NCBI GenBank assembly: GCA_046582495.1
Contig: JAYGEG010000160.1
Location: 11,553 to 75,552, forward strand
Direction of reading: 5' to 3'
DNA: 64,000 bases
Source of the DNA: Rhodospirillales bacterium
Lineage (GTDB): Bacteria > Pseudomonadota > Alphaproteobacteria > Rhodospirillales > UBA2165
In this document: piece after piece, positions 38,655-48,285 of the stretch
Numbering within the stretch: the first letter of the stretch is position 1
Layout of the letters: the number at the start of each line of letters is the position of its first letter
Made by a program: the position numbers and the translations under genes
The notes under the pieces: generated by a model
Databases searched by the model: none
Told to the model about the DNA's origin: nothing
Seen by the model: the letters and a program-made list of their open reading frames with translations, nothing else

Positions 38655-39719
38655 ATGAACTTTCATACTAAACACTGGCATGCACTCGACGATGGCCGGG
38701 TGCAATGCGATGTCTGTCCGCGTGAGTGCAAGCTCAACGAAGGGCAGCGGGGCTTGTGCTTTGTGCGGGCGCGGGAAGGGGACGAGATCGTGCTCACGAC
38801 CTATGGTCGGTCTTCTGGTTTTTGCGTCGACCCAATTGAGAAAAAGCCGCTCAATCATTTTTTGCCGGGGACGCCGGTATTGTCGTTTGGGACTGCCGGC
38901 TGCAATCTCACCTGCAAATTTTGTCAGAACTACGATATTTCTAAATCTCGCGAAATGGACAAGCTCGCAGATCAGGCGAGCCCTGAAAAAATAGCAGCCG
39001 TTGCTGAAAAGCTCGGCTGTAAAAGCGTCGCTTTTACCTATAACGATCCGGTCATATTTATGGAATACGCCATGGACGTCGCCGATGCCTGTCACGAACG
39101 CGGCATAAAATCGGTCGCCGTCACGGCAGGTTACATTTGCCCGGAACCGCGCACCGAGTTCTACAACCACATTGATGCGGCGAATGTCGATCTCAAAGCC
39201 TTCACCGATAAATTTTATATGGAACTGTGTTCAGCCCATTTGGACGAGGTATTGGATACGCTGAAATATCTCAAACATGAAACCGATGTGTGGTTTGAAA
39301 TTACGACCTTGCTGATCCCCGATGAAAATGATTCAGAAAAAGAAATCAATGAGGAATGTGCGTGGATCATGGAGAATCTCGGGCCGGATGTACCGCTTCA
39401 TTTTTCTGCCTTTCATCCCGATTGGAAAATGCGCGACAAGCCAAACACGCCGCCTGAGACGCTGCACCGTGCCCGCAGGATCGCGAGAGAGCATGGACTG
39501 CGATACGTCTATCTCGGCAATATCCACGACTATGATGGTTCCAGCACCTATTGCCATTCCTGCGGTGAGACGCTGATTGGTCGGGATTGGTATGAACTAT
39601 CTACCTGGAGTCTTACGCAAAATGGCCTTTGCAGCAATTGCGGTGCCGAGTGCAATGGCGTCTTCGATGGACCGCCCGGTGCCTGGGGGCGCAAACGCCA
39701 ACCCATTCGCATGAGGTAA
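38655..39719 (+). CDS. AmmeMemoRadiSam system radical SAM enzyme
   Basis: 354 aa. The CX3CX2C radical-SAM cluster motif GCNLTCKFCQN uses Cys83/87/90 (nt 38901-38924). The N-terminal Cys cluster is CDVCPRECKLNEGQRGLCFVR and the C-terminal Cys-rich ribbon is CHSCGETL...CSNCGAEC. The architecture resembles PFL-activase. Confidence 0.85.
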   Translation: MNFHTKHWHALDDGRVQCDVCPRECKLNEGQRGLCFVRAREGDEIVLTTYGRSSGFCVDPIEKKPLNHFLPGTPVLSFGTAGCNLTCKFCQNYDISKSREMDKLADQASPEKIAAVAEKLGCKSVAFTYNDPVIFMEYAMDVADACHERGIKSVAVTAGYICPEPRTEFYNHIDAANVDLKAFTDKFYMELCSAHLDEVLDTLKYLKHETDVWFEITTLLIPDENDSEKEINEECAWIMENLGPDVPLHFSAFHPDWKMRDKPNTPPETLHRARRIAREHGLRYVYLGNIHDYDGSSTYCHSCGETLIGRDWYELSTWSLTQNGLCSNCGAECNGVFDGPPGAWGRKRQPIRMR

Positions 39720-39785
39720 CCCGGATCGTCGCCCAGAACTTGATCTGGAGTATTGTAATCCATCAGAAATCTCAAAGGTAACTAT

Positions 39786-39814
39786 TCTGGATTCTGGCAT
39801 TCGCCAGAATGACA
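39786..39814 (-). repeat. 29-nt REP-like palindromic element, copy 1
   Basis: The minus strand reads TGTCATTCTGGCGAATGCCAGAATCCAGA, with an 8-bp stem ATTCTGGC/GCCAGAAT. It matches the element at 55499-55527 at 26 of 29 positions, differing only in the loop. Confidence 0.8.
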
Positions 39815-39866
39815 AAGGCAAAATATTGCGCTGTCACAACTGAAATAGCCGTGCTAAACGGTTCGC

Positions 39867-40823
39867 ATGAATAAAAAGACCATATTTTTTATTGCAAAAT
39901 TTGCCGTCTCAATGCTTTTGATTTGGGTGATCGCCGCCAATTTTGAAATTGGTTCTGCAGCTGAGCGTCTTAAAGACATCCAGTTTATTTATATATTGGG
40001 TGCCTTTATTATTTTTATCGTGTTGATGATTAACAACACTTTTCGATGGCAAATCGTGCTGACTGCTATCCACGCGCACTTGCCATTTGCCATAGCCGCA
40101 AAAATTCTCTACATCGCAATTTTTTTTAATCAGATACTTCCATCGACAATTGGTGGTGATGCCTTTCGCATGTTTTTGTCGAGAAAAGCTGGTGTCAGTT
40201 TAAAAGGTGCCGTGAATGGCGTGATGTTGGAACGCATGGCGACAGTTACCGGTCTGATCTTTCTGGTTGTTGTAACTCAACCATTTCTGTTGGCTCGTAT
40301 TGGCGACAATCCGGCGAAATATGCCTTTCCCGCATTGGCCGGTCTAGCTGTTTTGGGAATCGCCTTCTTGATGTTACTGGATCGTTTGCCTGAACGGTTT
40401 CAAACTTGGAGCCTTGTGCGCGGTCTCGGTCATTTGGCGGCGGATACAAAAAAACTTTTCCTATCACCGAAATATGCGATCCAGGCAATAGCTTTGGGTG
40501 CGTTTGGAAATATTTTGATTGCTTTGATAGCCTATATGGCAGCCATGGCTTTGGCGATAGATGTGTCGGTGTTGGATTGTCTCGTTCTTATTCCACCAGT
40601 AATTTTGGTTATGACCCTCCCAATCTCAATCGCGGGTTGGGGGCTACGTGAAGGCGCCATGGTCGCCGCTTTTGGATTTGTCGGCGTGGCAGAAGGTGAT
40701 GCCTTTGTGATGTCTATCTTGTTTGGTTTGATAAACGTTGTTGTTGCATTGCCCGGTGGTCTTCTATGGTTAAAGGGTGGATACACACGAAAAGATATTG
40801 AAGATGAGATAGCAGAAGAGTGA
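39867..40823 (+). CDS. Lysylphosphatidylglycerol-synthase-TM-region / flippase-like (UPF0104) membrane protein
   Basis: 318 aa with about 8 TM segments and a family-typical N-terminus (KFAVSMLLIWVIA...RWQIVL...LPSTIGGDAFR). Confidence 0.65.
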   Translation: MNKKTIFFIAKFAVSMLLIWVIAANFEIGSAAERLKDIQFIYILGAFIIFIVLMINNTFRWQIVLTAIHAHLPFAIAAKILYIAIFFNQILPSTIGGDAFRMFLSRKAGVSLKGAVNGVMLERMATVTGLIFLVVVTQPFLLARIGDNPAKYAFPALAGLAVLGIAFLMLLDRLPERFQTWSLVRGLGHLAADTKKLFLSPKYAIQAIALGAFGNILIALIAYMAAMALAIDVSVLDCLVLIPPVILVMTLPISIAGWGLREGAMVAAFGFVGVAEGDAFVMSILFGLINVVVALPGGLLWLKGGYTRKDIEDEIAEE

Positions 40824-40916
40824 TCCGTTCGCATTCAAACAATGTCTTTCCTTTATGGTAGGGCCAGCTACATTTAACCTAAATTTATTTCCACACAAAA
40901 TTGATAAGAGGATCAG

Positions 40917-42419
40917 ATGAAAATTTCCTTTGCCAAACCAGGATTGCCCGGGACGGGTGTTGTTGTTGTCAGCGCAAACGCAGGCGGAAAACTTTCTGCT
41001 TCTGCGGCGAAGCTCGATAAAAAAGCCGGCGGCGCGCTCACCCGTGCTATTCGCGCCAGTCGGTTTGAAGGCAAAAAAGGGCAGTTGTTAAATGTGATGG
41101 CGCCAGCTGGAACCAAGCTCGACCGCGTGATGATCGTCGGTCTCGGTAAAGCATCCGAAATCACTGATTTGGAAATGCAAAATTTGGGCGGACGGATTTA
41201 CGCCAATACCAACAAAGGTAAAAAAGGCTCGGTCGCGGTCGCTGTTGATGCGGTTTCTGATTCCAAGATGAGCGCAGGTGATATCGCCGCTGAGATCGCC
41301 TTTGGTGCTCAACTTCGCTCTTATCGATTTGATAAATATAAAACCAAATTAAAACCTACAGATAAACCGAGCATCAAAACCTTGGCGCTCCACTGCGCGG
41401 GCTTCGCCAATGCGCGCAAAAAATATGCTGGTCTCGGCAAGGTCGCCGATGGTGTATTTTTCACGCGCGATTTGGTTTCCGAGCCGCCGAATATTCTCTA
41501 TCCAGACACCCTCGCCAAGCAGGCGAAGACGTTGGAAAAGCTCGGTGTCAAAGTTCAGATCCTCGGCGAGCCTCAGATGCGAAAACTCGGTATGGGCGCA
41601 CTTCTAGGTGTTGGCCAGGGCAGTATCCGCGAATCCCGATTGGTGGTGATGCAATGGAACGGCGGCCCCAAGGGCCGCGGCAAGGCAGCCCAGCCGATCG
41701 CTTTCGTCGGTAAAGGGGTAACCTTTGATACCGGCGGTATTTCAATCAAACCTGCTGCGGGTATGGAAGATATGAAATGGGATATGGGCGGCTCCGGCGT
41801 TGTCATCGGTCTCATGAAAGCGCTCGCCGGGCGTAAAGCCAAAGTCAATGTGGTGGGTGTTGTTGGTCTGGTTGAAAATATGCCAGGTGCCAATGCACAG
41901 CGTCCCAGTGATATCGTCACTTCAATGTCGGGCCAGACCATTGAAGTGCTCAACACCGATGCCGAGGGGCGTCTCGTGCTCGCCGATGCACTGCATTATA
42001 CCAATGATCGCTTTAAGCCGAAATTTATGGTCAATCTTGCGACATTGACGGGTGCGATCATCGTGTCACTCGGCAGTCATCATGCAGGATTGTTTTCGAA
42101 CAATGATCAATTGTCGGAACGTCTCACCACTGCCGGCATCGATGTTGAAGAAAGACTTTGGCGACTGCCGCTGAGCGATGCCTATGACAAGATGATCAAT
42201 TCGCAGGCAGCCGACATGCAAAATATTGGCGGGCGCGGTGCGGGCAGTATTACCGCAGCACAATTCCTCAAACGCTTTGTCGGAAAAACGCCGTGGGCGC
42301 ATTTGGATATCGCCGGTGTGACTTGGTCAAAGGCCGATGCACCCACTGTGCCAAAAGGCGGCACGGCGTTTGGTGTTCGCCTGCTCGATCGTTTGGTCGC
42401 GAATAATTACGAAAGCTAA
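40917..42419 (+). CDS. pepA: Leucyl aminopeptidase (M17)
   Basis: 500 aa with M17 signatures [16 protein letters not shown] and [14 protein letters not shown]. Confidence 0.95.
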   Translation: MKISFAKPGLPGTGVVVVSANAGGKLSASAAKLDKKAGGALTRAIRASRFEGKKGQLLNVMAPAGTKLDRVMIVGLGKASEITDLEMQNLGGRIYANTNKGKKGSVAVAVDAVSDSKMSAGDIAAEIAFGAQLRSYRFDKYKTKLKPTDKPSIKTLALHCAGFANARKKYAGLGKVADGVFFTRDLVSEPPNILYPDTLAKQAKTLEKLGVKVQILGEPQMRKLGMGALLGVGQGSIRESRLVVMQWNGGPKGRGKAAQPIAFVGKGVTFDTGGISIKPAAGMEDMKWDMGGSGVVIGLMKALAGRKAKVNVVGVVGLVENMPGANAQRPSDIVTSMSGQTIEVLNTDAEGRLVLADALHYTNDRFKPKFMVNLATLTGAIIVSLGSHHAGLFSNNDQLSERLTTAGIDVEERLWRLPLSDAYDKMINSQAADMQNIGGRGAGSITAAQFLKRFVGKTPWAHLDIAGVTWSKADAPTVPKGGTAFGVRLLDRLVANNYES

Positions 42420-43126
42420 TCGATCTCAAAAACGATGCTGACAGAGGCTGAAATCTGTTGCTCACCTGCTGCAACAGGGACAGCCTCGGCAGCCATCCGG
42501 GCGGCTTTAAATATTGGTGGGCGCGGCATCCGAACACCGCTTTCAGAAATACTTAAAACCTTGCCGACATCGACGTCAGCTTCATCAGCGTAGAGTTCAG
42601 CGCGGCGCTTCGCATCTTTAATCGCCAGTTTACGGGCTTCATTGGTTTTGTCGCTAATGTCGCTGACGCCAAAAGAAATGCCGTTTAGCCGATTGGCACC
42701 ATCGCCGACCAATGCCTCTAACAAGCCGCCAAGTTTTTCGAGATCGCGGAGACGCGCCGTCACCATGTTGGTTACATTATAGGCTTCAATTTTGGGCGGC
42801 TGCCCCGGAGGGGGACGTCTCGTATAAACCGGGTTCACGTTGAACGAGCTTGTTTGAATGTCGCGCTTTTTCAGACCAAAGCGATCCAAGGTGGCAAAAA
42901 GTTTGGTGACGCGTGCGGTATTTTCTTTCAATGCTTTGGCAGGGGACACATCGCGGAAACTAACGCCAACACGAATCGTCGCCATGTCTGGTGTGACCGA
43001 GATCGAGCCGGTGCCGTTAACCGATATGGTTCGTTGTTGTTCGTGATTTCGGGCAGAGGACGGAAAAGCCGCCATTAGAAGTGTCAGAGCAACTGCACTT
43101 GCCGAGATGATTGTAAGAATGCGCAC
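42416..43126 (-). CDS. SIMPL (DUF541) domain periplasmic protein
   Basis: 236 aa with a signal peptide and SIMPL-type sequence ([22 protein letters not shown]...). The family assignment is from memory. Confidence 0.6.
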   Translation of the reverse strand: MRILTIISASAVALTLLMAAFPSSARNHEQQRTISVNGTGSISVTPDMATIRVGVSFRDVSPAKALKENTARVTKLFATLDRFGLKKRDIQTSSFNVNPVYTRRPPPGQPPKIEAYNVTNMVTARLRDLEKLGGLLEALVGDGANRLNGISFGVSDISDKTNEARKLAIKDAKRRAELYADEADVDVGKVLSISESGVRMPRPPIFKAARMAAEAVPVAAGEQQISASVSIVFEID

Positions 43127-43235
43127 TGGCTTTTCCTTTACGATATATTTGTGAGCGATTTTAAACCAACTTCAGGCTAGTCCGCAAATGAGGCATGATT
43201 TTGACAGAGTTAAAATTGATATTTAAAGTCAACCT

Positions 43236-43688
43236 ATGACCGACATCGCCTTTTACCATTTGCAGCGCTCGAATTTAGAAGACGCTCTGCCAAAGCTTTT
43301 GGAGCACACGCTAAAAGCTGGCAAGCGCGCACTCGTTCGGGCGGGTTCGGTAGAACGAGTGGAGGCGCTGAACGCGATTCTTTGGACTCATGGCAAAGAT
43401 AGCTGGTTGCCACATGGCAGTGCAAAAGATGGCTACGCTGAAGATCAGCCGATTTGGCTGACCGCCGAAGAAGACAATCCCAATGCGGCGACTTTTGTTT
43501 TTTTAACCGATGGAATAGAGGCAACGGACGTCGATCAGTTCGAACGCTGTTTTGATCTTTTTGATGGCAATGATGAAACATCGGTGACAGCAGCCAGGGA
43601 TCGCTGGAAAATTCACAAAGAAGCCGGTCACGATCTGCATTATTGGCAGCAAGATGAAAATGGCAGGTGGGTCGAGAAGAGCACGTAA
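43236..43688 (+). CDS. holC: DNA polymerase III subunit chi
   Basis: 150 aa with the chi-family N-terminus MTDIAFYHLQRS...LPKLLEHTLKAGKRALV. Found in the pepA neighbourhood, as in E. coli. Confidence 0.85.
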   Translation: MTDIAFYHLQRSNLEDALPKLLEHTLKAGKRALVRAGSVERVEALNAILWTHGKDSWLPHGSAKDGYAEDQPIWLTAEEDNPNAATFVFLTDGIEATDVDQFERCFDLFDGNDETSVTAARDRWKIHKEAGHDLHYWQQDENGRWVEKST

Positions 43689-43830
43689 TATTCTTTTTTG
43701 AAAAATTAGGTGGATTCGGATTTAGGCCATTCACCAGAATGAGTTCACTATCGCTTGAGCTTGATGAGATTGCTATTCCTTACATCGATAGTTTGTAGGT
43801 ACAATTTCTCCAGATATCCCTTCAGCCTAT

Positions 43831-44253
43831 ATGAGAAACGCCATGCCGACTGAATTGTTATATCTCTTTCTCACTTCCGTTTTGCTCGCCCTGATGTGGA
43901 TTCCTCACATTATTGGACAAGTTCGCTTTGCCGGACCGTTGCAGGCCGAAGAATATGTCACCTTGCGCGAGCCCGCGACGCACAACTACATCAAGCGGTC
44001 CAATCGGGCTCACGTTAATTTGGTTGAACAATTTGGCGCCTTTGCCGGTCTTGTCGTGATCGCCCATCTTTTACAAGTATCGACCGAACTCACGGCTGGC
44101 GCTGCTGCGGTGTTTTTCTGGGCCCGCATTCTTCATGCCGTTGTTATGCTTTCAGGATTCAAACAATTTATGGCGCGGACATTAATCTTTACCGTCGCTT
44201 GGCTAGCGCTGATGGTGATTGCTTGGGAAATCGCGGCAACGAAACTTTTTTAA
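43831..44253 (+). CDS. MAPEG family membrane protein
   Basis: 140 aa (or 136 aa from the ATG at 43843) with 4 hydrophobic segments and an RAHxNxxE-type motif (RAHVNLVEQ). Confidence 0.65.
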   Translation: MRNAMPTELLYLFLTSVLLALMWIPHIIGQVRFAGPLQAEEYVTLREPATHNYIKRSNRAHVNLVEQFGAFAGLVVIAHLLQVSTELTAGAAAVFFWARILHAVVMLSGFKQFMARTLIFTVAWLALMVIAWEIAATKLF

Positions 44254-44261
44254 CTTACCAT

Positions 44262-44296
44262 AAAAAAACCCGGCGCTTTTTGAGCACCGGATTTTT
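44262..44296. terminator. Possible bidirectional terminator between convergent genes
   Basis: An A7 run, then an imperfect stem CCGGCGC/GCACCGG (one C-A mismatch), then a T5 run. Lies between the MAPEG gene (+) and the DUF2189-like gene (-). Confidence 0.45.
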
Positions 44297-44313
44297 GCTT
44301 AAAATTGTTTAAA

Positions 44314-45111
44314 TCAACAATCTACAATTTTGCGGTATATATGCCAGGTTGAATGTCCAAGTACGGGCAGAACGACGCATAGTCCTGTAAAGAATGGCAG
44401 GGATCCGATGAGCAATGATCCTGCTACAATCACGCCCCAGGCCGCCATGATGATCGGATTCATAAGCACTGCCTTAATGGAAGTTTTAAGAGCCACGATC
44501 ACACCGACATCAAGATCTAACAGCATCGGGAATGAAATGACGCTGAGGCTCAAAACAACAACAGCCAAAACGAAGCCAACCGTACAGCCGACAATTATCA
44601 TCGAAAGACCTTCACGCGTAGAAATGAGTTGGTTGAAAAATCCAATATATGATTCCGGTGCGGCCTCACCGAAATGTTGGATGTAGATTGCCTGGGCGAC
44701 GTACAGCCAGACAAAATAAACAGCCATCAAAATAATGCCCATATTTACGATGGCATTTATCGAATGCGATTTAAATACCAAGAATGCATTTGTCCGTGAC
44801 GTGTAGCGGCCAAACTCGCGCCGTCGGCTGAGCTCGTAGGTTCCAATAGCAACGATTGGCCCCAGCAGCGTGTAACCGGCAAGCAGCGGAAAAATGAAAG
44901 GCAATAAATCCAAATCGCCATAAAATCCTGCGATGGCAAAGGTGACCATAGGATAAATAATTGCGAGGTAAAAATAATGCGTCGGCATGGCGTTAAAATC
45001 GGCGAACCCTTTGCCTATTGCGTCCATTAAGTCCGACATACTGATTTGACGAATATCAGGATGTTCGGATCGCGTCTCACGTGCAACTAAAGGGATATCA
45101 GCAGTCGTCAT
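44314..45111 (-). CDS. DUF2189-like integral membrane protein (oxidase-associated)
   Basis: 265 aa with about 6 TM segments and a conserved N-terminal region (IRQISMSDLMDAIGKGFADFNAMP). Divergent from the oxidase operon. The family name is recalled, not searched. Confidence 0.55.
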   Translation of the reverse strand: MTTADIPLVARETRSEHPDIRQISMSDLMDAIGKGFADFNAMPTHYFYLAIIYPMVTFAIAGFYGDLDLLPFIFPLLAGYTLLGPIVAIGTYELSRRREFGRYTSRTNAFLVFKSHSINAIVNMGIILMAVYFVWLYVAQAIYIQHFGEAAPESYIGFFNQLISTREGLSMIIVGCTVGFVLAVVVLSLSVISFPMLLDLDVGVIVALKTSIKAVLMNPIIMAAWGVIVAGSLLIGSLPFFTGLCVVLPVLGHSTWHIYRKIVDC

Positions 45112-45510
45112 TTGTTTACCTCCAGAACCTTGGTTCGGGGTTGAAATCCAAATATTCGACTAGTGGTTTGCAGGGACACCAATCAAATAGAATAGCAACC
45201 CAGTACATAACTCAACTTTCGTCAATTATACGCGAGATAAATTTTCGTTGCGATTGACTCTTATGTTCGTGCTAATATAATCCTCGAATCGCCGTTCAAT
45301 TGTTAGAACGATTACAGATACATAATATGTTAGGAAGCGACGAGATCGGATGTCTTGAGAAATGAAACTGGCGACGAGCAATTCTGACAAAACAAACAGT
45401 TAATCGCTCCTCACAAAACGATCTGTCGAAGGAACATGAAGAATAAAGGTAAAGTATAATAATATTAGTTAAATAGTCAGTTTCTTTAGATAGATCTCCA
45501 TATCATTTAG

Positions 45511-46416
45511 GTGAAGGAAGAATTCAGAATGGTTCTGGCAATAGTACTTGTTTTAATAGCAGTCGGCTCTCTGGTGTTCCATATTTGGAGCCCATGGTGG
45601 GCAACACCCATCGCCTCGAATTGGGGCTCAATCGACGATGCGATTTCTATCACCTTCTGGATCACGGGCGTTGCCTATATCGTGATCATCTTATTCATGG
45701 CCTTCTGCGTTTATAAATATCGCTATCGCGAAGACCGACGCGCCGACTACGAACCTGAAAATAGCAAACTAGAGTGGTGGCTTACCTGGATAACAGCTGC
45801 CGGTGTTGTTGGGCTGTTAACGCCTGGTCTGATCGCTTGGAATGACTTTGTTACTGTGCCTGAAAATGCCACAGAATTTGAAGTTGTCGGCAAGCAATGG
45901 GAGTGGAATTTTCGTCTGCCTGGAAAAGACGGAAAACTGGGAAAAACGAGCATTAGATTGATCAACGATGACAATCCGTTCGGCATTGATCCCAATGATC
46001 CAAATGGCAGAGATGATGTTTTGATCGAAGGGGATGATTTACATCTCCTGCTCAATCAGCCGCTCAAAGCGTTGCTGCGCTCCACTGACGTATTGCACGA
46101 TTTTTATGTTCCTCAGTTCCGCGCTAAAATGGACCTTGTGCCGGGCCTAGTTACATTCTTCTGGATGACTCCCACGCGGACCGGAACCTTTGATATTTTA
46201 TGTGCCGAATTGTGTGGCGTTGGTCATCACGCCATGCGGGGTACTGTCGTCGTTGACGATGAGGCCGCTTACAAAAAGTGGCTTGGAGAACAAGAAACAT
46301 TTGCCTCGCTCTATCCTAAGGGAGCGGGAGTCAAACAAGCAGCGAACACTGAAGAGCCGAAAGAGAAAACAATTCTAACGGCAACTAAATCCGAATCGAA
46401 AAAGTCGATTCGCTAG
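45511..46416 (+). CDS. Heme-copper oxidase subunit II (CuA type, CoxM-like)
   Basis: Two N-terminal TM helices and the CuA ligand motif HDFYVP...CAELCGVGHHAM. No fused cytochrome c domain. The start could be GTG at 45511 or ATG at 45529. Confidence 0.9.
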   Translation: MKEEFRMVLAIVLVLIAVGSLVFHIWSPWWATPIASNWGSIDDAISITFWITGVAYIVIILFMAFCVYKYRYREDRRADYEPENSKLEWWLTWITAAGVVGLLTPGLIAWNDFVTVPENATEFEVVGKQWEWNFRLPGKDGKLGKTSIRLINDDNPFGIDPNDPNGRDDVLIEGDDLHLLLNQPLKALLRSTDVLHDFYVPQFRAKMDLVPGLVTFFWMTPTRTGTFDILCAELCGVGHHAMRGTVVVDDEAAYKKWLGEQETFASLYPKGAGVKQAANTEEPKEKTILTATKSESKKSIR

Positions 46417-46450
46417 TATTTATGAATTTGCAGCATAGAGGGCTGATATA

Positions 46451-48262
46451 ATGAGTAATGGTATGCTCGAAGAAACCACCGTAATCCCGACAGCAGAGCT
46501 TGAAGAGGTTGATCTTTATCACGCTCATAGTTGGATCACCAAATATGTGTTTAGTCAGGATGCTAAAATCATCGCGATCCAGTACTCAACGACGGCGGTC
46601 CTCATTGGACTGGTGGGATTGGTGTTATCCTGGTTGATGCGATTGCAGCTAGGTTTCCCGGAAGTTTTCTCTTTCATTGATGCTGAAAGCTATTATCAGT
46701 TCGTCACCATGCACGGCATGATTATGGTGATCTACCTGTTGACGGCGCTCTTCCTGGGAGGATTTGGTAACTATCTTATTCCGCTGATGGTGGGTGCCCG
46801 TGATATGGTCTTCCCCTATTTGAATATGCTCAGCTACTGGGTTTATCTCGTTGCTGTCCTGGTTTTGACCGCCAGTTTCTTCGTTCCTGGCGGCGCCTCA
46901 GGCGCAGGTTGGACGCTCTATCCACCGCAGGCCATTTCCCCAGGAACACCAGGCATAGACGGCGGTATTATATTAATGCTGGTCTCTTTAGCGCTGTTCA
47001 TTATCGGCTTTACAATGGGTGGCCTGAACTATGTGGTGACGGTACTGCAAGCGCGGGCACGCGGCATGACCCTGATGCGCATGCCGTTGACGGTATGGGG
47101 CATTTTTACAGCTACGATACTTGCGCTCTTAGCCTTCCCAGCTCTTTTTGTTGCGGCCATCATGATGACATTGGATCGTCTTTTGGGCACCAGTTTCTTC
47201 ATGCCGGAAATGATCATTCAAGGCGAATTGGCGCCCACCGAAAACGGCAGCCCGCTTTTGTTCCAGCATTTGTTCTGGTTTTTCGGCCATCCTGAAGTTT
47301 ACATCGTTGCGCTTCCTGCTTTCGGCGTTGTTTCCGATATTATCGCCACGCATGCACGGAAAAATATTTTCGGCTACCGCATGATGGTATGGGCAATTGT
47401 CGGCATTGGCGGCTTGAGCTTCGTCGTCTGGGCGCACCATATGTATGTCAGTGGTATGAATCCTTATTTTGGTTTCTTCTTTGCAACGACAACTTTGATC
47501 ATTGCCGTTCCGACAGCGCTTAAATTGTATAACTGGGTGCTGACGCTATATAAGGGCAACATTCATCTCACGATCCCAATGCTTTATTGTATTGCCTTCA
47601 TTCTGACTTTTCTGAACGGTGGCATCACAGGCCTATTCCTAGGCAACGTGATCGTTGATATTCCGTTGTCAGATACGATGTTTGTGGTTGCTCACTTCCA
47701 TATGGTGATGGGTATCGCGCCGATCTTGGTGATTTTTGCCGCTATTTATCATTGGTTCCCGAAAATGTCCGGGCGCATGCTGCATGAGGGCTGGGGGCAG
47801 TTCCATTTCTGGGTTACTTTCCTCGGCAGTTATCTGATTTATTTCCCAATGCACTACCTCGGCTTTGTCGGCGTGCCGCGGCGGTATTTCGAAATTGGCG
47901 AAACACAATTTGTGCCGCCTTCCGCAGCAACCTTGAGCGAGTTCATTACCATTGTGGTTTTGATCGTTGGCTTTGCCCAAGTGGTCTTCATCATCAATAT
48001 TGTGACGAGTATCTGGAAAGGCAAACCTGCTGGCGACAACCCCTGGAATGCGACAACGCTTGAGTGGCAAACAGCAACAACGCCTCCTGGGCATGGAAAC
48101 TTTGGCGACGAATTACCCGTGGTTTACCGTTGGGCTTATGCGTACTCAGTACCAGGTGTTGAGGCTGACTTCGTGCCGCAGAATATGCCGCCGGATCAGG
48201 TCAAACGAACTGACGGCGGATTTGGGGCGATAGCTGGAGACCCACCTGAGCTTCATAAATAG
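46451..48262 (+). CDS. Heme-copper oxidase subunit I (CoxN-like)
   Basis: 603 aa with the canonical subunit I motifs WFFGHPEVYI, HHMY and VAHFHMV. Confidence 0.95.
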   Translation: MSNGMLEETTVIPTAELEEVDLYHAHSWITKYVFSQDAKIIAIQYSTTAVLIGLVGLVLSWLMRLQLGFPEVFSFIDAESYYQFVTMHGMIMVIYLLTALFLGGFGNYLIPLMVGARDMVFPYLNMLSYWVYLVAVLVLTASFFVPGGASGAGWTLYPPQAISPGTPGIDGGIILMLVSLALFIIGFTMGGLNYVVTVLQARARGMTLMRMPLTVWGIFTATILALLAFPALFVAAIMMTLDRLLGTSFFMPEMIIQGELAPTENGSPLLFQHLFWFFGHPEVYIVALPAFGVVSDIIATHARKNIFGYRMMVWAIVGIGGLSFVVWAHHMYVSGMNPYFGFFFATTTLIIAVPTALKLYNWVLTLYKGNIHLTIPMLYCIAFILTFLNGGITGLFLGNVIVDIPLSDTMFVVAHFHMVMGIAPILVIFAAIYHWFPKMSGRMLHEGWGQFHFWVTFLGSYLIYFPMHYLGFVGVPRRYFEIGETQFVPPSAATLSEFITIVVLIVGFAQVVFIINIVTSIWKGKPAGDNPWNATTLEWQTATTPPGHGNFGDELPVVYRWAYAYSVPGVEADFVPQNMPPDQVKRTDGGFGAIAGDPPELHK

Positions 48263-48285
48263 AGTAGAGTGAGGATCGTAAGCCA

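Noticed and set aside
38643-39170. 175-aa ORF antisense to the radical SAM gene
   Set aside because: It overlaps the rSAM CDS, whose Cys motifs and family sequence are clear. The antisense translation has no recognisable motif.
39597-39821. 74-aa minus-strand ORF covering the REP element (MPLSFWRMPESRIV…)
   Set aside because: It is the translation of the palindromic repeat plus antisense of the rSAM gene 3' end. This is a typical REP-derived pseudo-ORF.
43234-43734. 166-aa ORF antisense to holC
   Set aside because: It is a shadow ORF of the chi-subunit gene. The composition is implausible and no family signal is present.
45112-45510. FNR/FixK-type box or small regulatory ORFs upstream of the oxidase operon
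   Set aside because: I could not find TTGAT-N4-ATCAA or a convincing variant by eye. The tiny ORFs present (7 and 13 codons) have no SD and no distinguishing features. The region is reported only as unusually long and AT-rich.
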